Assembly (NCBI GenBank): GCA_949358305.1
Contig: OX442314.1
Location: 13,020,001 to 13,084,000 of the forward strand
DNA length: 64,000 nucleotides
Origin: Strigamia acuminata
Taxonomy: Eukaryota
Direction: 5' to 3'
Shown: in pieces, positions 24,485 through 36,967 of the stretch
Numbering within the stretch: position 1 is the stretch's first letter
How the letters are laid out: each line of letters begins with the position of its first letter
Notes under the pieces: generated by a model
What the model saw: only the letters and a program-made list of their open reading frames with translations
Database searches by the model: none
What the model was told of the DNA's origin: nothing
Made by a program: the position numbers and the translations under genes

Positions 24485-26262
24485 TTAATGTTTCGTGATC
24501 GTGACGTTGATAAATGTGACTGAAAAACGAAGACTGACGCGGTGGTTTCCAGTTGCGCAGCTTTTCAAACCCAAACAACTGAAGAGATAATCCGTATTAA
24601 CTGTTTCAAAACTAGCACCGACTATTTTCGGTTGTGGAAAAGCTCTGTGTCCAGTTAAAGCGTAATCGAGTCGTAAATGAAAACTCAACGAAACATTTGT
24701 ACAAACCGAAAATGATGTCGATAATTCATCCCGCTTCACGTACGACGTGATGGGAATCCAATTATTTAAGTCAGTTGTGTTTAAATCCCCATAACTACCG
24801 ATTCTATTAAAACTTAATTGATTTAAGCGTCGAGTTTCGTTCCTGAGCACAGCGCACATGACTGCTAAATTCGTATAAGGAATTAAAACATCGCAACCAA
24901 TCACAAGACTCTCTCCAAAATGGACGATGCGCGATTCGAGGCATTTATTTGTGTATTCGGAAGAAGGAAATGTCAACGGACCGACATTTTCAATCGTGTT
25001 ATTAATTAAAACTGCAGAAACGACGGGACGTCCATTTAAATAGCCCGGATTCCCACTTTTCTTCTTAACTGCATCGGAGGAATCTTTTGCCCATTTAAAT
25101 TCCACTTCAAAAAATTGTTTTGCGATGATTTTTACATTTTCGATCGCTAATTTCACCTCGGATTTTACTACACCACGAATTCCCTGGTGCCGAAATGTGT
25201 ATTTCACTCGTGTAATAACATTTTCACATGTTTGTGTCGTTGCGTTGTAAACTGGAGGCCGGAAATCTCCAATATCACAATTTGAAAATTCTTTATCGCA
25301 TTGGAAGTGATTAATTCCGTGATAAGTGCTCCCATTCTACGCAAATAAAATTATATAAATATTTATAAATATTTTTAAAACGCATTCGAGACTAACTTCA
25401 ACGACTTTTATATTATTAAAATATGTCAGATGATTTAAAAATATATTTTCTTCACATAATTCTTCATTTTGAACGAAATGTTCGCAAGTAATCGTAGTGT
25501 CGATTAAATACAGAATCGGTCCCGTTGATGAGCACGGTCCAAACAGGTTGGTATATGGAAAACCTAATTTTTTTTAAAAGAAATGTTTATAATAAAATTA
25601 ATTAATAAATTTCAAAACATACCTAAGAAATAGTATTCGTCGGATTTCAAGGCAATAATCGGTTGTCCGATTTTCCATGTATTCCGAGAGAAAGTTAAAT
25701 TGGGCTGCGAAGAAATCCGAAGCGCAAAATCGTGTTCGACCGTATTGAAAATATTGGTGCTAGTCAGAGACTGAAATTAAATATTAAAAATAAAATTCCC
25801 AAGTATATTAGTATATTTGTATTAATAAATTACCGTCCAATTCATGTAGCAGGAAATGTTTACAGTTCTAAGGACAACGCAATACAATTCGTCTGCAGTT
25901 CGAATCACCGTTGCATTTGCGTTTATTTTATAAAATGGGTCGCTGAGGAAACATTTCCTCTGACTTATCGACGAAACTACATTCAAACTGGTTCGGAAAG
26001 TCTTTTTATCTTCAGTTGTACAATCCGGATCGCAAAAACAATTGACATCGCAGCTTTTCCGCGTTAAATCACACGTGCAATCCGAACATTCAGTCAAAAA
26101 ATCCTCCTTCGGCGTTGGTTTTAATACGATACACGAATGTAATCGGGTTGGCGCGACCGTACTCGTGTTGTTTACATCAGTTTCGTTCCCCGAATCGATC
26201 GAATCGATGGAGATACAAAGCGATAGAAATACAATAAATAAAATATTAAAATTCCACTCCAT
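24485..26262 (-). CDS. TCTN: Tectonic family protein (ciliary transition zone, MKS module)
   Basis: Exons 26262-25864, 25770-25623, 25563-25397, 25336-24485. Signal peptide; [68 protein letters not shown]. Confidence 0.9.
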
Positions 26263-26910
26263 ATTTGTCGAAATTTCTTAATATAATTCCAATTTCAAGC
26301 TGCACCACTCCGGTGGAAGATGTCACGAGACGAAATCGATCATTTGCACTAAATATGCTATTGACATTCCTCAACTGGGGTCCTCCACCCAAGAAATATT
26401 GGTTTACGCCGTCTTGCAGCGATCCGGTCGGTCTCCAGGTGGGGCAATCTAAATGATGAGTTCCAGGTGTAGTGGGAACGTGGCAAAAGCCGTAACCGCG
26501 TAGTTCGTCGCGTCCAAATCGATCGTGATGCCAAACTTGAAAATAGAATTTCGGCCAACCTAAACGAACAAACATTTGTTTTAAATTTTTCTCATTCATT
26601 TAATTTAATTTAATTTAAATATTTTTCTTCCATTAAAACCTTGGATTCCTTTTGTTGCAAAATGAACATCAATCGGATGAGACCAATGGGTTTCTCTATC
26701 AAATTCCGAATTGTCAATTTGAGTTTGTCCTTCTTTAACGCCTGTTATAACCTTCCAAGCGCCACCTACAACACAAAAAGAAATTAAGAAAATGCAGCTA
26801 TAAACACTTTCAAACTTTTTACCTGCGTGTAAACCCCACTTGCAAAATAAACTTTGAGCATTAAATCCACTGGCTCCAACAATTTGCCCAATTACATGCA
26901 CTTCAGCCAT
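26246..26910 (-). CDS. B9D2: B9 domain-containing protein 2
   Basis: [76 protein letters not shown]; two short introns. Confidence 0.95.
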
Positions 26911-26970
26911 ATATCGAAAACTTAACACTTAAAAATCAAAATCAAATCCACAGTTCTGTTATTAACAAAC

Positions 26971-26983
26971 GTTGCTTAGCAAC
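26971..26983. promoter_or_regulatory. X-box (RFX site) upstream of B9D2/Tectonic
   Basis: Palindromic GTTGCTTAGCAAC ~60 bp upstream of the B9D2 ATG; resembles the RFX consensus GTNRCC-N(0-3)-RGYAAC found at ciliary genes. Confidence 0.75.
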
Positions 26984-27123
26984 CTGGAAACTATTAACCG
27001 ATACAACCCTCTAGTGTCAATTTTCCAAACTAAAATAAAACCAGAAAACTACATTTTTCCATACATTTTTAATAATAATAATAATAATATTTAACAAAAA
27101 ATAAACACTTTTCACACAAAATC

Positions 27124-30100
27124 TTAATTTCTAACATCATTATCATAATCAGTATGCTTAGCAATAAAATCTATATAATTCTCCACCTTCGTATAAAACC
27201 CATACGTGCCCGGTCTCGCGCATCCCTCGCCCCAGCTCACAATTCCCGCGAGATAAGCTACATCATCCACATACATTTCAAACGGCCCACCACTATCCCC
27301 TTGACACGAGTCACCCACAGCCTGCTCATACCCAGCGCAAAACATATTCTCAGTAACATGCTGTTTCGTGCTCTCCTTACACAAATTATAATCAACGAGA
27401 GGAAGTCGAACTTGATGCAAAAACTTGGGTTGAAGCCCATCCTCCTCCAGCCTGCCCCATCCACTCACAGTGCCGGAAAAATGTGCAGCCTGCGCAACTC
27501 GGGCTCGGCGCGCATTATAAAACGACGCAACGAATCCCTCTGGTGGCAGACAAATCGGAATAATCGTATGGCTGAATGGGACTCGTTCGGACAAACGTAC
27601 CAATGCGATATCATTATCAAACGACCTCAAATTCGTGTCAAAATCCGGATGGAGAATCATTTTATTAAGAGTGAGAACTTTCTCTTCCGATTCTGCCTCG
27701 GTTCGGTCGTATTTGCCCAATTTTGCCTTCAAACCCGCGAGATCTCTCTCGTTTTTAACCCAAAAGAAACAATGGGCGGCCGAAGCGACCCATCTGTGAT
27801 TGATTAAGTTGCCTGCGCAGAGAAATTTCTCGTTGTCGTTGATCAGGTTAACGAATATGACGATCCAAGGATGGGACCCCTTTGGCGCCATGTGTCCTCC
27901 GACGAGTTTTCCACGAGTTTGACCGCTCGTCACTTCCGGAATCGATGCAGGAATTCTCGCACGTCCGCACAACTCGTCGATGTTGCCGTCGGTGGGGATA
28001 AAGACGGATCGTTCGACTCTGCAATGGGTGGTTGCGTCTTCGGCTCGGCAAACGTAATCGCCGGTCGTTTTGTTAGTACGGCGGACCAAGAGTGCCGAAT
28101 TGGCTAAAAGAATGTGATCGTCGTCGTTGAGCACCTGCTGGCCTTTTCTGAACCATGACAAAATGGCGCCGCGCACTCGACAAAGCAAAAGAGTGTAATG
28201 GGTCGATAATACCTAAAATGGATGAACATTGTGTTGAAACTCAAAGAAAATAATATAATAAATGAATAAAAATTGTTTTACGTGGACAGATGGTGGTGGG
28301 TCGAATCTGAGATTGCATTCTCTCGGTAGGATGAGACGAACAGAATGATATTGGACCTTGTGTTCTTCAGCAGACCCAAATGCAATGCATGTGTAAAGTC
28401 CCTCCGTTGCCGAACTCATGCTTCCGATACTTAGCGTGCCGTTAATCAGTATCGACAGGGTTGGGATGTTGATTTTGCCGAATACCAACACTTGTTGATC
28501 CTTCATCCACAAGCCGTTTGGCCACAATTTGACATCACGTACGCACGGTAATTTGATGCTGGTGCCCATAGGGACGAACTTTTGTTCTTCTTCTTGGATA
28601 CCAAATTGCGATGTATTTGCAACTTTGGGGCATGAAATTTGCGGCTGGTTCGGTCGAGGTGGTAAGGGGACTGTTATAGTAAGACAAGCGGGGGCTTCTC
28701 CAAACCAATTACCTAAAGAATAAACAAAATGAGAATAAATCCGCCAGGGCCGGATTAAGGCTTGGGGCCCGAAGAAATTACGACTGGGGGATCCATACAC
28801 TTTTATAAATTATATCTTCACAATATTTTCAAGCAAAGAAATGCATTTCCAGGAGGAAAAATGCATTTTTACGAGAAAGAAATTCATTTTGAGAGAAGAA
28901 ATTGCATCGTTGTTTACATTTTTTGATGAAATAATGCATTTTTTTGGTGAAATAATGCATTTTCATGTTAAGAAACGGTATTTTCAGACAAAAATAATTT
29001 TTTTGAACATAATCAAGCCTTTTTATATGGAAAAACGCATTTTTGTGTGTGTATCAGGGGCCCTTTGGCGTCCCCCTTAATCGAACCCTAAAGTCCACCT
29101 CCGAATGTGATAATATTTACCATTATCTTCGCACTTCAAATTTCCCATTAAGGTCTTGCCGGGGTCACAACCCAGCGGGAGATTGTCTCCTACAGAGTAC
29201 ATGGCTTGAGATCGAAGAAGTCGCACAGTTGATGGTAGGTTCGGTTGAACGCAGCCCTTGGAACAGTAAGTGGAATTTCTCCATTTGCCACCTATCTCGC
29301 AATGTAGATGAGGTGGGCCATGAAGCGATGAGAAGCCAGGTGCACATTCTACGTTTATCCGAGTCCCTACTGAGAATAATTTTGTTTCTTCAACATAAGA
29401 AGAAGTTAAAATAGAACTAGAACTAGTTGTGTATTCGGGCCGGATTTGCAAGTTGTAAAAAATGGCTAAATCTTGAACGTCACAAGCTGTAATCAAATAT
29501 ACAGATACAAATAAACAAAACTGATATAAAAATAGTAATAAAAAAAAAGTAATCCATACCATCTACTAATTGGCAAATAAATCTGTAGCCCCAATGGCAT
29601 TGGGTAGTTACCCACTTAGTTTGCACGTGGGCAGCTAACAACACACAATCTTCATTGTCTGCACCACTGGGCTCTTTGGGTGCCCAATATGAGAAATTGC
29701 CCAATGGCGAGTAGTCCATAAAAACCCATTTATTATCTTCGATTTCACGAATTCCAGCCCAGTAACTGTTGTATCTGCATGATGGAAGAAGAAAATGTTG
29801 AGATAATTTGAAATAAGTTACACAATAAGTGTTGCAGTAATATCACATATAACTAAAATTTTTATCGCAGGTTTTAGTAACAACCCAACCCGCTATGAAT
29901 GACTGGCCGCCATTTACTGGTTGATACTAAAACCCGCGCTCGGAATTTAATGGAAACAATTGTTCCCAATAGTTTGTTGCTGTTACCATAGGAACTTACA
30001 AGTTAGTAAATAAACAGTTTGGTCATTGTCGTATACTGGGGGACGGGGGGGAGCAAATGTACCTTTCCTTGACCATTTTTTACTGGGACGCCACCTGAGC

Positions 30101-31234
30101 AGCTAACAGAGGGACATTATCAAATGGGCCCCAGAATTTTCGGGGCCCCATTTTTGTTGTTCAATAAAAATGATGAAATAAAATCAAAATTTTGCGAATT
30201 TGCAGAGGTGAATCAGTTTATGTGCACATTTGGCATGGGCACTCACCTGAGGCCCCAAATTTTACTATAGGGGGCCCCATTTTAGTTGGTCAGATTACCT
30301 AAGATAGAAAAATTAAATAAAACAAAAAATTTTATGCATATTTTCGTCTACGTGTAGAAAAAAAAAATTGGGGTCCCTATTTCGTGCCAGGGCCATTGTG
30401 GATCTTATCCACCGTTTCCTGGGCCCAGGGACGGGGCCCCTATATAATGCGCCATTAGCGACGGGATAGTCTGTGCACTGAACAAGGCTGAATCGTGGGT
30501 ACTGATTGAATCTGTTTACATGTTAAAGTTACTATAGGTTTTAGCTATTTTAAGAGATCGAGATTGGTGTAAAATTGTAAACAAGCAAAAAAATTGTGAC
30601 AACCGAAAACAAATTTTATCATCATTATTAATTGTTATTTCAATTTGCTCGTTTTATCTCCAGACATTTTAGGCGTAAATCCTTTTTCGATAACTCAAGG
30701 TTACGTACATATAAATTTGTCCAGTTTTTTTCCCTTTTTTTATTTTAGAAAATCTTGTGCCATATGATAAGTGCAATGGGTAAACAACTGATAAAAATAG
30801 GTGGTGTGATATTATTTTTAACAAAATTTGTCCGATTACCTTCCACCGTGTACTAAATCCTTGATGAACTGTTGAGTAGCAAAATCCTTGGGCATTGCCA
30901 GATGACCACCTTGTCGTTTGCATTTTTCTTCGGCAGAATAAAAAGACAAAACGCTATTTTCAACCCAAATGCAGGTGTTCCTAAACCTTCTCATCTCAGG
31001 ATCTGGACATATTTCCAAATGTTGAGCTGCTGAAATGCAAAAATAAATGTAAAATCTTGCAATACGCAGTTGAAAATCGTTTCATAATTCAGATTTATCT
31101 CAAAGTTTTTTGTTTTTCAATCAGATTTCAAACAACAGCATCTATATCTTTGAAAAACAAAATACAATCTTACCTGCTGTAGTTGTGGCTGAAAGACATG
31201 ATACAATGGTAACTATTGGCAACCAGAAATTCAT
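27124..31234 (-). CDS. Secreted modular serine protease: signal peptide, C-type lectin, 2x CCP/sushi, Pro-rich linker, 2x Ig, trypsin domain
   Basis: Exons 31234-31174, 31029-30840, 29774-29560, 29486-29121, 28712-28282, 28212-27124. Lectin: AEEKCKRQGGHLA, YWAG, WAPKEPS, EDCV, FICQ. CCP Cys/Trp patterns. Ig: LPC..W.KD..GTLSI..EGLYTC. Activation site K|LVGG; triad AAHC, DNDIAL, DSCQGDSGGP. Confidence 0.9.
28745..29090. mobile_element. Intronic non-autonomous TIR element (hAT-like MITE)
   Basis: CAGGGCCCGGATTAAGG ... CCTTAATCGAACCCTA imperfect TIRs with internal ATGCATTTT subrepeats, lying in protease intron 28713-29120. Confidence 0.55.
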
Positions 31235-31785
31235 AATTTGCAGTGAAAATTTAAGGAAAGAAATATCTAGATTTAAGAAAATGGACTCGGATTGATAAGA
31301 ATCTTGGATCAAATTACGTATCATCTGTCATTTTAAGTAAAATTTAAGTAAAACAATCTCTTATTTTGCTTAATTCGTGGGATTAGCGAATTTAAATGAA
31401 CAATTCAAACAAAACTTGTGTGTAAAATAATCAAATTTTTATGTCATGTGAAGGAATTTTGATTAAAACGACAATTTATACAGGACACGACGATCTTTGA
31501 CCTCGATGAAAGAAGACGTACATTTCCAAGAAAATACTTGTTTTTTTTTTTCTTTAATTATTTATATCATTTTATGTTGAAAAGTTTTACTTTTATATTG
31601 ACTTTTATTACCACATTAATAAAAATTATGATGTAATTTTATCGTAATTCTCGCGTTTATGCAAATCGTGCTTGAGTAATGTGGTTAAATCTGATTACAT
31701 TTCCCGTAATGCAGTAAGTGCGCACATTTTTTTTGTTATCTATCTAAATAGTTGATAAAACACCCCACATATTCAAAATCGAGAT

Positions 31786-33821
31786 ATGAGATTAACTCGG
31801 ATTAACCTGATGGTGATAATCGGGTGTTTGATTCATCTAAAAGGTAACGTTTGTAATAATTGGATTGATATTGTAAAAGTTATCGCATTTTTTAATTTTT
31901 CTAGGAAATTTCCAAGATGAAATCAAAAGCTTTGAGTTGAAAAATGGAGTGATAGGGTTCCCGGGAAAGCGCGAATATGAATATTCACCAATAAGAACAC
32001 CGAGAGCAGCGAACCTGGACTTGTTATCGTCCGTCCGACCATGGACTTCGACTTTTACCCAAAAGTTGACGTCATTTGGAAAACGAATAAGTACAATTTC
32101 CGATTCAAAATCAGATAAAAACTTGATATCGAATTCCGATTTGATGTACGCAAACAGAGAAGTGGTATGAGACAAACGAAATAATTTCAAAATCAAGAAA
32201 TTTTATAATAAATTTTAAATTTGCATAAATTACTGTAAATAATAAAAGTATTTCAAATATTTTTATTTCAGAGACCTCGAGATTTGTCTAAGGCTGATTT
32301 ACACAAAAACGATAAAATATATCTGGAATCGAATGAACAGGAATCGACTGAACTGGAAACAACAGAGGCGGAAACGGAATCAGCTGTACAATCTTTAGCT
32401 TTAGAGACCTCCACGAATAAACATCAAACTTTAACTGAAAATCCAATAACAGTCATAGAACCGGAAAAAAGAACGAATGCAAAAACCATAGCCAATAAAA
32501 TTCCCCAGAATAGCCATCAAACTACAAGTCAAAATCCAACTGCGACTATACCAGAACGCGAACCAACCGAACTGAAAAAGAGAAAACTGGAAGGTACAAC
32601 AAAACTGGAAGAGAAGGAACTGGAAAAAACAACAAAAGTGGAGAAAACAACAAAACTGGAAAAAACAACAGAATTGGAGAAAACAACAGAACTGGAAAAA
32701 ACAACAGAACTGGAAAAAACAACAGAACTGGAGAAAACAACAGAACTGGAAAAAACAACTGAACTGGAAAAAACAACAGAACTGGAGAAAACAACCGAAC
32801 TTGAAAAATCAACAGAACCTGAAAAATCAACAGAACCTGAAAAAACTACAGAACTGGAAAAGATCGAATTGTTGACAACAAAACTGGAAAATACAACAGT
32901 TGTTTCATCTTTAGTCACAAAATCCTCCCTGGATGACCATCAAACTTCAATTGAAAATCTAACACTAAAAAATACGAGAAACAGCACCGAATTCCATATT
33001 GAAATTCAACCTCGAACTGACGGCCGGATACCAAGAAAAACATACAATCAACCCACAACCAACCTCTCAACGTTATCAACACTTCAACTTGAATATCCCA
33101 TACATCCCACGAACTATTCAGTAAGAACAAGTGTAAAAAAAAAATAAAATAAAACCAATTTTACCACGATCAGTATTCACATAAAAATCTCTCCATTTAC
33201 AGTTAATCGCACCTCCGAATCCAGTTGATGGCGGTCAAGAACCATTTCCACCCCAGGAAATTGCTAATAAAACATCTACAGGAAAGATAACGAATCCAAT
33301 ACATCACGATTTAGTAGGTCCAATTTTGTCAGCTATCTTAAGCGTCTCAACCCCGATTCCGACTAACAGTGATGAAAAAACGCTCGAAAAAATGGTCACG
33401 AGAGAGATAAACACTGATGCTGGGACTTTCTCCAACTTATCGCATACCTTTGCGTATGACTCGTTATCTACCGTTTCTGACGAAATGTTAGCTAGTGATG
33501 ATGACTCAAGAAACTCAACCAACAATGATAATGGACCCACAATCGAGCCAACACTGAGACCGAGTAAAAACAAATTATAATTTATCAATGAACGAATATT
33601 TTATTTGCATTTTTTAATTTTTTTTTTTAGATATTAAAATGTATGGGCACATTCTACCCGAAGAAAGTTTCATTATATTAACAGCTGGCTGTGTAGCACC
33701 TGTCATATTAGTGACATTAATCCTTATTGTGCTGGGATGTAAAAGAAAGAGAGAAGAAAGGCAAAGGCAGATTCAAATGCAACAACAAGTCAATCAGTCA
33801 TTGGAGCGCCGTTACTCTTAA
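31786..33821 (+). CDS. Mucin-like Thr/Glu-rich type-I membrane protein
   Basis: Exons 31786-31843 (signal peptide MRLTRINLMVIIGCLIHLKG), 31905-32164, 32272-33120, 33203-~33562 and 33631-33821 splice in frame. ELEKTT repeats; TM FIILTAGCVAPVILVTLILIVLGC followed by KRKR. Confidence 0.75.
32597..32861 (+). repeat. 18-bp coding tandem repeat (GAACTGGAAAAAACAACA; ELEKTT)
   Basis: About a dozen near-identical units visible in the DNA and in ORF 32284-33147. Confidence 0.92.
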
Positions 33822-34220
33822 CCCTAAAGTTGAATTTTGATCTATTAATCATTTGTTTGTATTTATACTGAGAAAAAAAACGTTTTAATTGTAATTAGAA
33901 AAAAAATAAAATAATCATTTATCAGAAACATGTTTTCGTTTCCGTGCATTTTAAACAAATCACGTTGTGAAAAATCAAATTCCATCAAGGCCTATTCAGA
34001 TAGAGCTGGATCGAGCTGGTTGCTAAGCACGCCTTTCCTTGACGACAAATCACGTAACACATGTCGACCAATGATAAACGAGCAAACTAAGCCCGTTTTT
34101 TTCGTAGTTTCATTTCAATTGTCTAGTCGCACTCCACTTGATTCATCATTTATTACGGTGGCTTCGAGAATAGTCAGCGCTAGTGTAATACGTTTGCACG
34201 ACTTGAACTTACGGGAACGT

Positions 34221-36553
34221 ATGAAAATCACAATGACGCCCGACAACAACCACAACAATGTTGGCAAAGTGAAACCTTTTAAGGAAAGGAAACCATTCAG
34301 TGAGTACAAGAAAAATATTTATTTAATTCAATTTAATTTAATTCACGACTTTCAAAAACGTGGCCCCTCACTCTTCATTTATAATATTCCAATGCATGTT
34401 AAATATATAAATTTATTCATAAATATTGGGCTCTTTTAGTGAATTATTCTTTAAGGTTTCGTTTTTTATTTGCTTTCAGCTACAAGGAAAGAAGAAGTTG
34501 AAGGAATTCGAGCAAAATTTCCTACAAAAATCCCGGTAAGTGCACAATACACTTAAAAAAGACAACGAAATGAGTCTTTTTCATCGCTGGGAGTGGTGGG
34601 CTTTTGCGATATATTTTCTTGTCTGGGACTAAGGTTTAAACAGTCCAGTTGGCGCCCAACATTAGTCACCTTTGCGAATGGTGTTTGTCCTGTTCGGTGC
34701 ATGTACTATGAATTAGATGAGCACATTTCTTTATCTGACAAAAACAACCTACGCTATCGCGGATTGGCCGTCTACATTTAATTGTGCCAGATGATGAGAT
34801 AAGATTAATCATGCAGCTCGAAATTTTTTTAAAAATGAATTAAAATCGTCAACAACTTTTAAAAATTAATTTAAAATTAAAGTTTATATATTAATACTCA
34901 TTTTTCGTATTATTTTCACAGGTAATCGTGGAGAAATATTCCAGAGAATCGCATCTTCCTACACTGGATAAAATGAAATTCCTAGTCCCCGAAGAGGTGA
35001 CCATGTCCCAGTTTGTCACAATAATCAGGTAATTGATTTATTTACGTATAAATAACGTTTTTTAACATTAGGGCTGATTATATGAATGAAAACCCATTTC
35101 CTCACCTTTTTTTACCCCTTTAATTTCACTTATTTTCCTTAAAATTGTGGAATTTTGTAATTTTGACATTAAATCAATTTTAGTTATGTGTTATGTCGCT
35201 CGGAAATAATCTGATTAAAATCAACTTTCACCTTCGATTGTTTCTGCTTAAAATCATGGAAAATCCACTTCTGCTTATCTAAATAAGATCCTGGAGTAAA
35301 ATTTTATATTTCAGAGATTTGCTAAGGTCATGAATAAATTTTCCCCCGCCTCCCGAAACTTGTCACAATTATCTATCTATCGCTAATATTAATCAAAAGT
35401 CACTGCCTGGTGTTTGATCCTTGAGCTTATTTCGCATTTCCAAGTCTGCATTCTATATTTAGACTTTACTCACGCATCCGAATTAACCAATTAGTTAGCA
35501 TAACTATCCCGTTTAACCTCTAAAATGAAAATAAAAACTGTAGCAATACAAAAAAGATAACAATTTATTGAAAATAAGGCCAAGGTTATAAATCCCAAGT
35601 TATCGCTGGATAAAAATGCGCAATCGGAGTCCCATTTGTGGGCCATGGATCGTGGGGCCCCATTCGTTCACCCTGGGGACCGTTTTTGTGATTTTTCGAC
35701 GAGAAATTGAAATTTAATTTGAAAATTGTGCATATTTTACAGAAATCGAATGTTTTTGCATCAAAATCAGGCGTTTTACCTGGTTATCAATAACAAAAGC
35801 ATGGTATGCATGTCCAGGACACTGTCTGAGATTTACCATGACAACAGAGACGACGATGGGTTTCTCTATGTCACGTATGCGTCGCAGGAAGTGTTCGGTT
35901 CGGACATGGTAAATTTGACTTTTTTTTTTAATTTTTTTTTTTTAAAAAATGATTAGTGAGAAAAAAATTGTTTACTGCTGAAACCGCCCAAAACTATCTT
36001 TTTTTAAAATGGTTTAAACTCCACAAGAGACAAATCATAGTTCACAGCCACATATTGGTAGACACCTTAGCAACAAGCGGCAATCTTAAGCATAAATTGA
36101 TAATTAATTTAAAAATATAAAATTTCAATTAAGAAATTAATTCTTAGACGTTTAGTCACAATATATGCAAGCCAAGACGTATAAATTTAATTTTTATTAA
36201 TTTTTTTTAATTAAGTGAAAAGTATAGGATTAATTTGTAGTTTTATAATTTCAATAACACAAATTTCAAAGTCTATTGAGTTTATTCAACCTGGTAACAG
36301 TCAAAGTTCGTTTGTTTTTCACAATGCAGAAACATTATCGTTCTTAGTCGAGTTTCCTCAGGAACCTTTGATTTCTGAATCAAAATTATCTTCTTTATTT
36401 AAAAAAAAAATTTTAATTAAATTAATTTTATCTATTCAAAAGTCCTCTTGATACACTAAACTTTCCACTAAATTTTCCACTAGTTTTCTCAAAGAAATTT
36501 TTTTTTTATTTTTTTCTCTCCAGATAAAGACATCAGGAAACCAAAGCAGGTGA
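34221..36553 (+). CDS. MAP1LC3C: ATG8-family protein, LC3 subfamily (LC3C-like)
   Basis: Exons 34221 (or 34233)-34299, 34480-34535, 34922-35028, 35743-35908 and probable last exon 36524-36553. KPFKERK..RKEEVEGIRAKFPTKIPVIVEKY..LDKMKFLVPEEVTMSQFVTIIRNRM..AFYLVINNKSMV..GFLYVTYASQEVFG. Confidence 0.88.
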
Positions 36554-36967
36554 TGGGATGATGTGATTGTTGTTTAACAAAGATGTCGTTGTTTTAATGT
36601 CTTCTGTGAAGATTGTGAATCACTAATGCGACGTTTGTAATTCACGGAACTGTGATAATTGATGAAATACCACTCCCTATATTTACTAATCGTAACTGTG
36701 GAACTTCTCAATCCGTTTAATCAAGTGTATCGAACCGTCACGTAATCCAGCATTTTACTTTGGAGCATTTAAAAATTCCTACTACAAGTTATCCTCAAAA
36801 GAAATCCATTCGAAGTTGTTTAAGACGGTTTTTTCAATTTCTAATTTTTAATCTTTGAGTTTAAAAATATTCAAAATAACCAGAGATAAATCATGTTCTA
36901 ATTATTTGTGTATTTCTTCCCTTTTTTTTTTACATTGTACGAAATAAAAGTGTATTAACTAATTTTA

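Noticed and set aside
27154..27807. 217-aa plus-strand ORF
   Set aside because: Antisense shadow of the GC-rich protease exon with no independent features.
30100..30460. GGGCCCC-rich intronic segment
   Set aside because: Probably a decayed MITE, but I could not define its termini or TSD.
32529..32918. Antisense ORFs with (SSVVFS)n and (PVLLFF)n
   Set aside because: Shadows of the 18-bp coding repeat on the plus strand.
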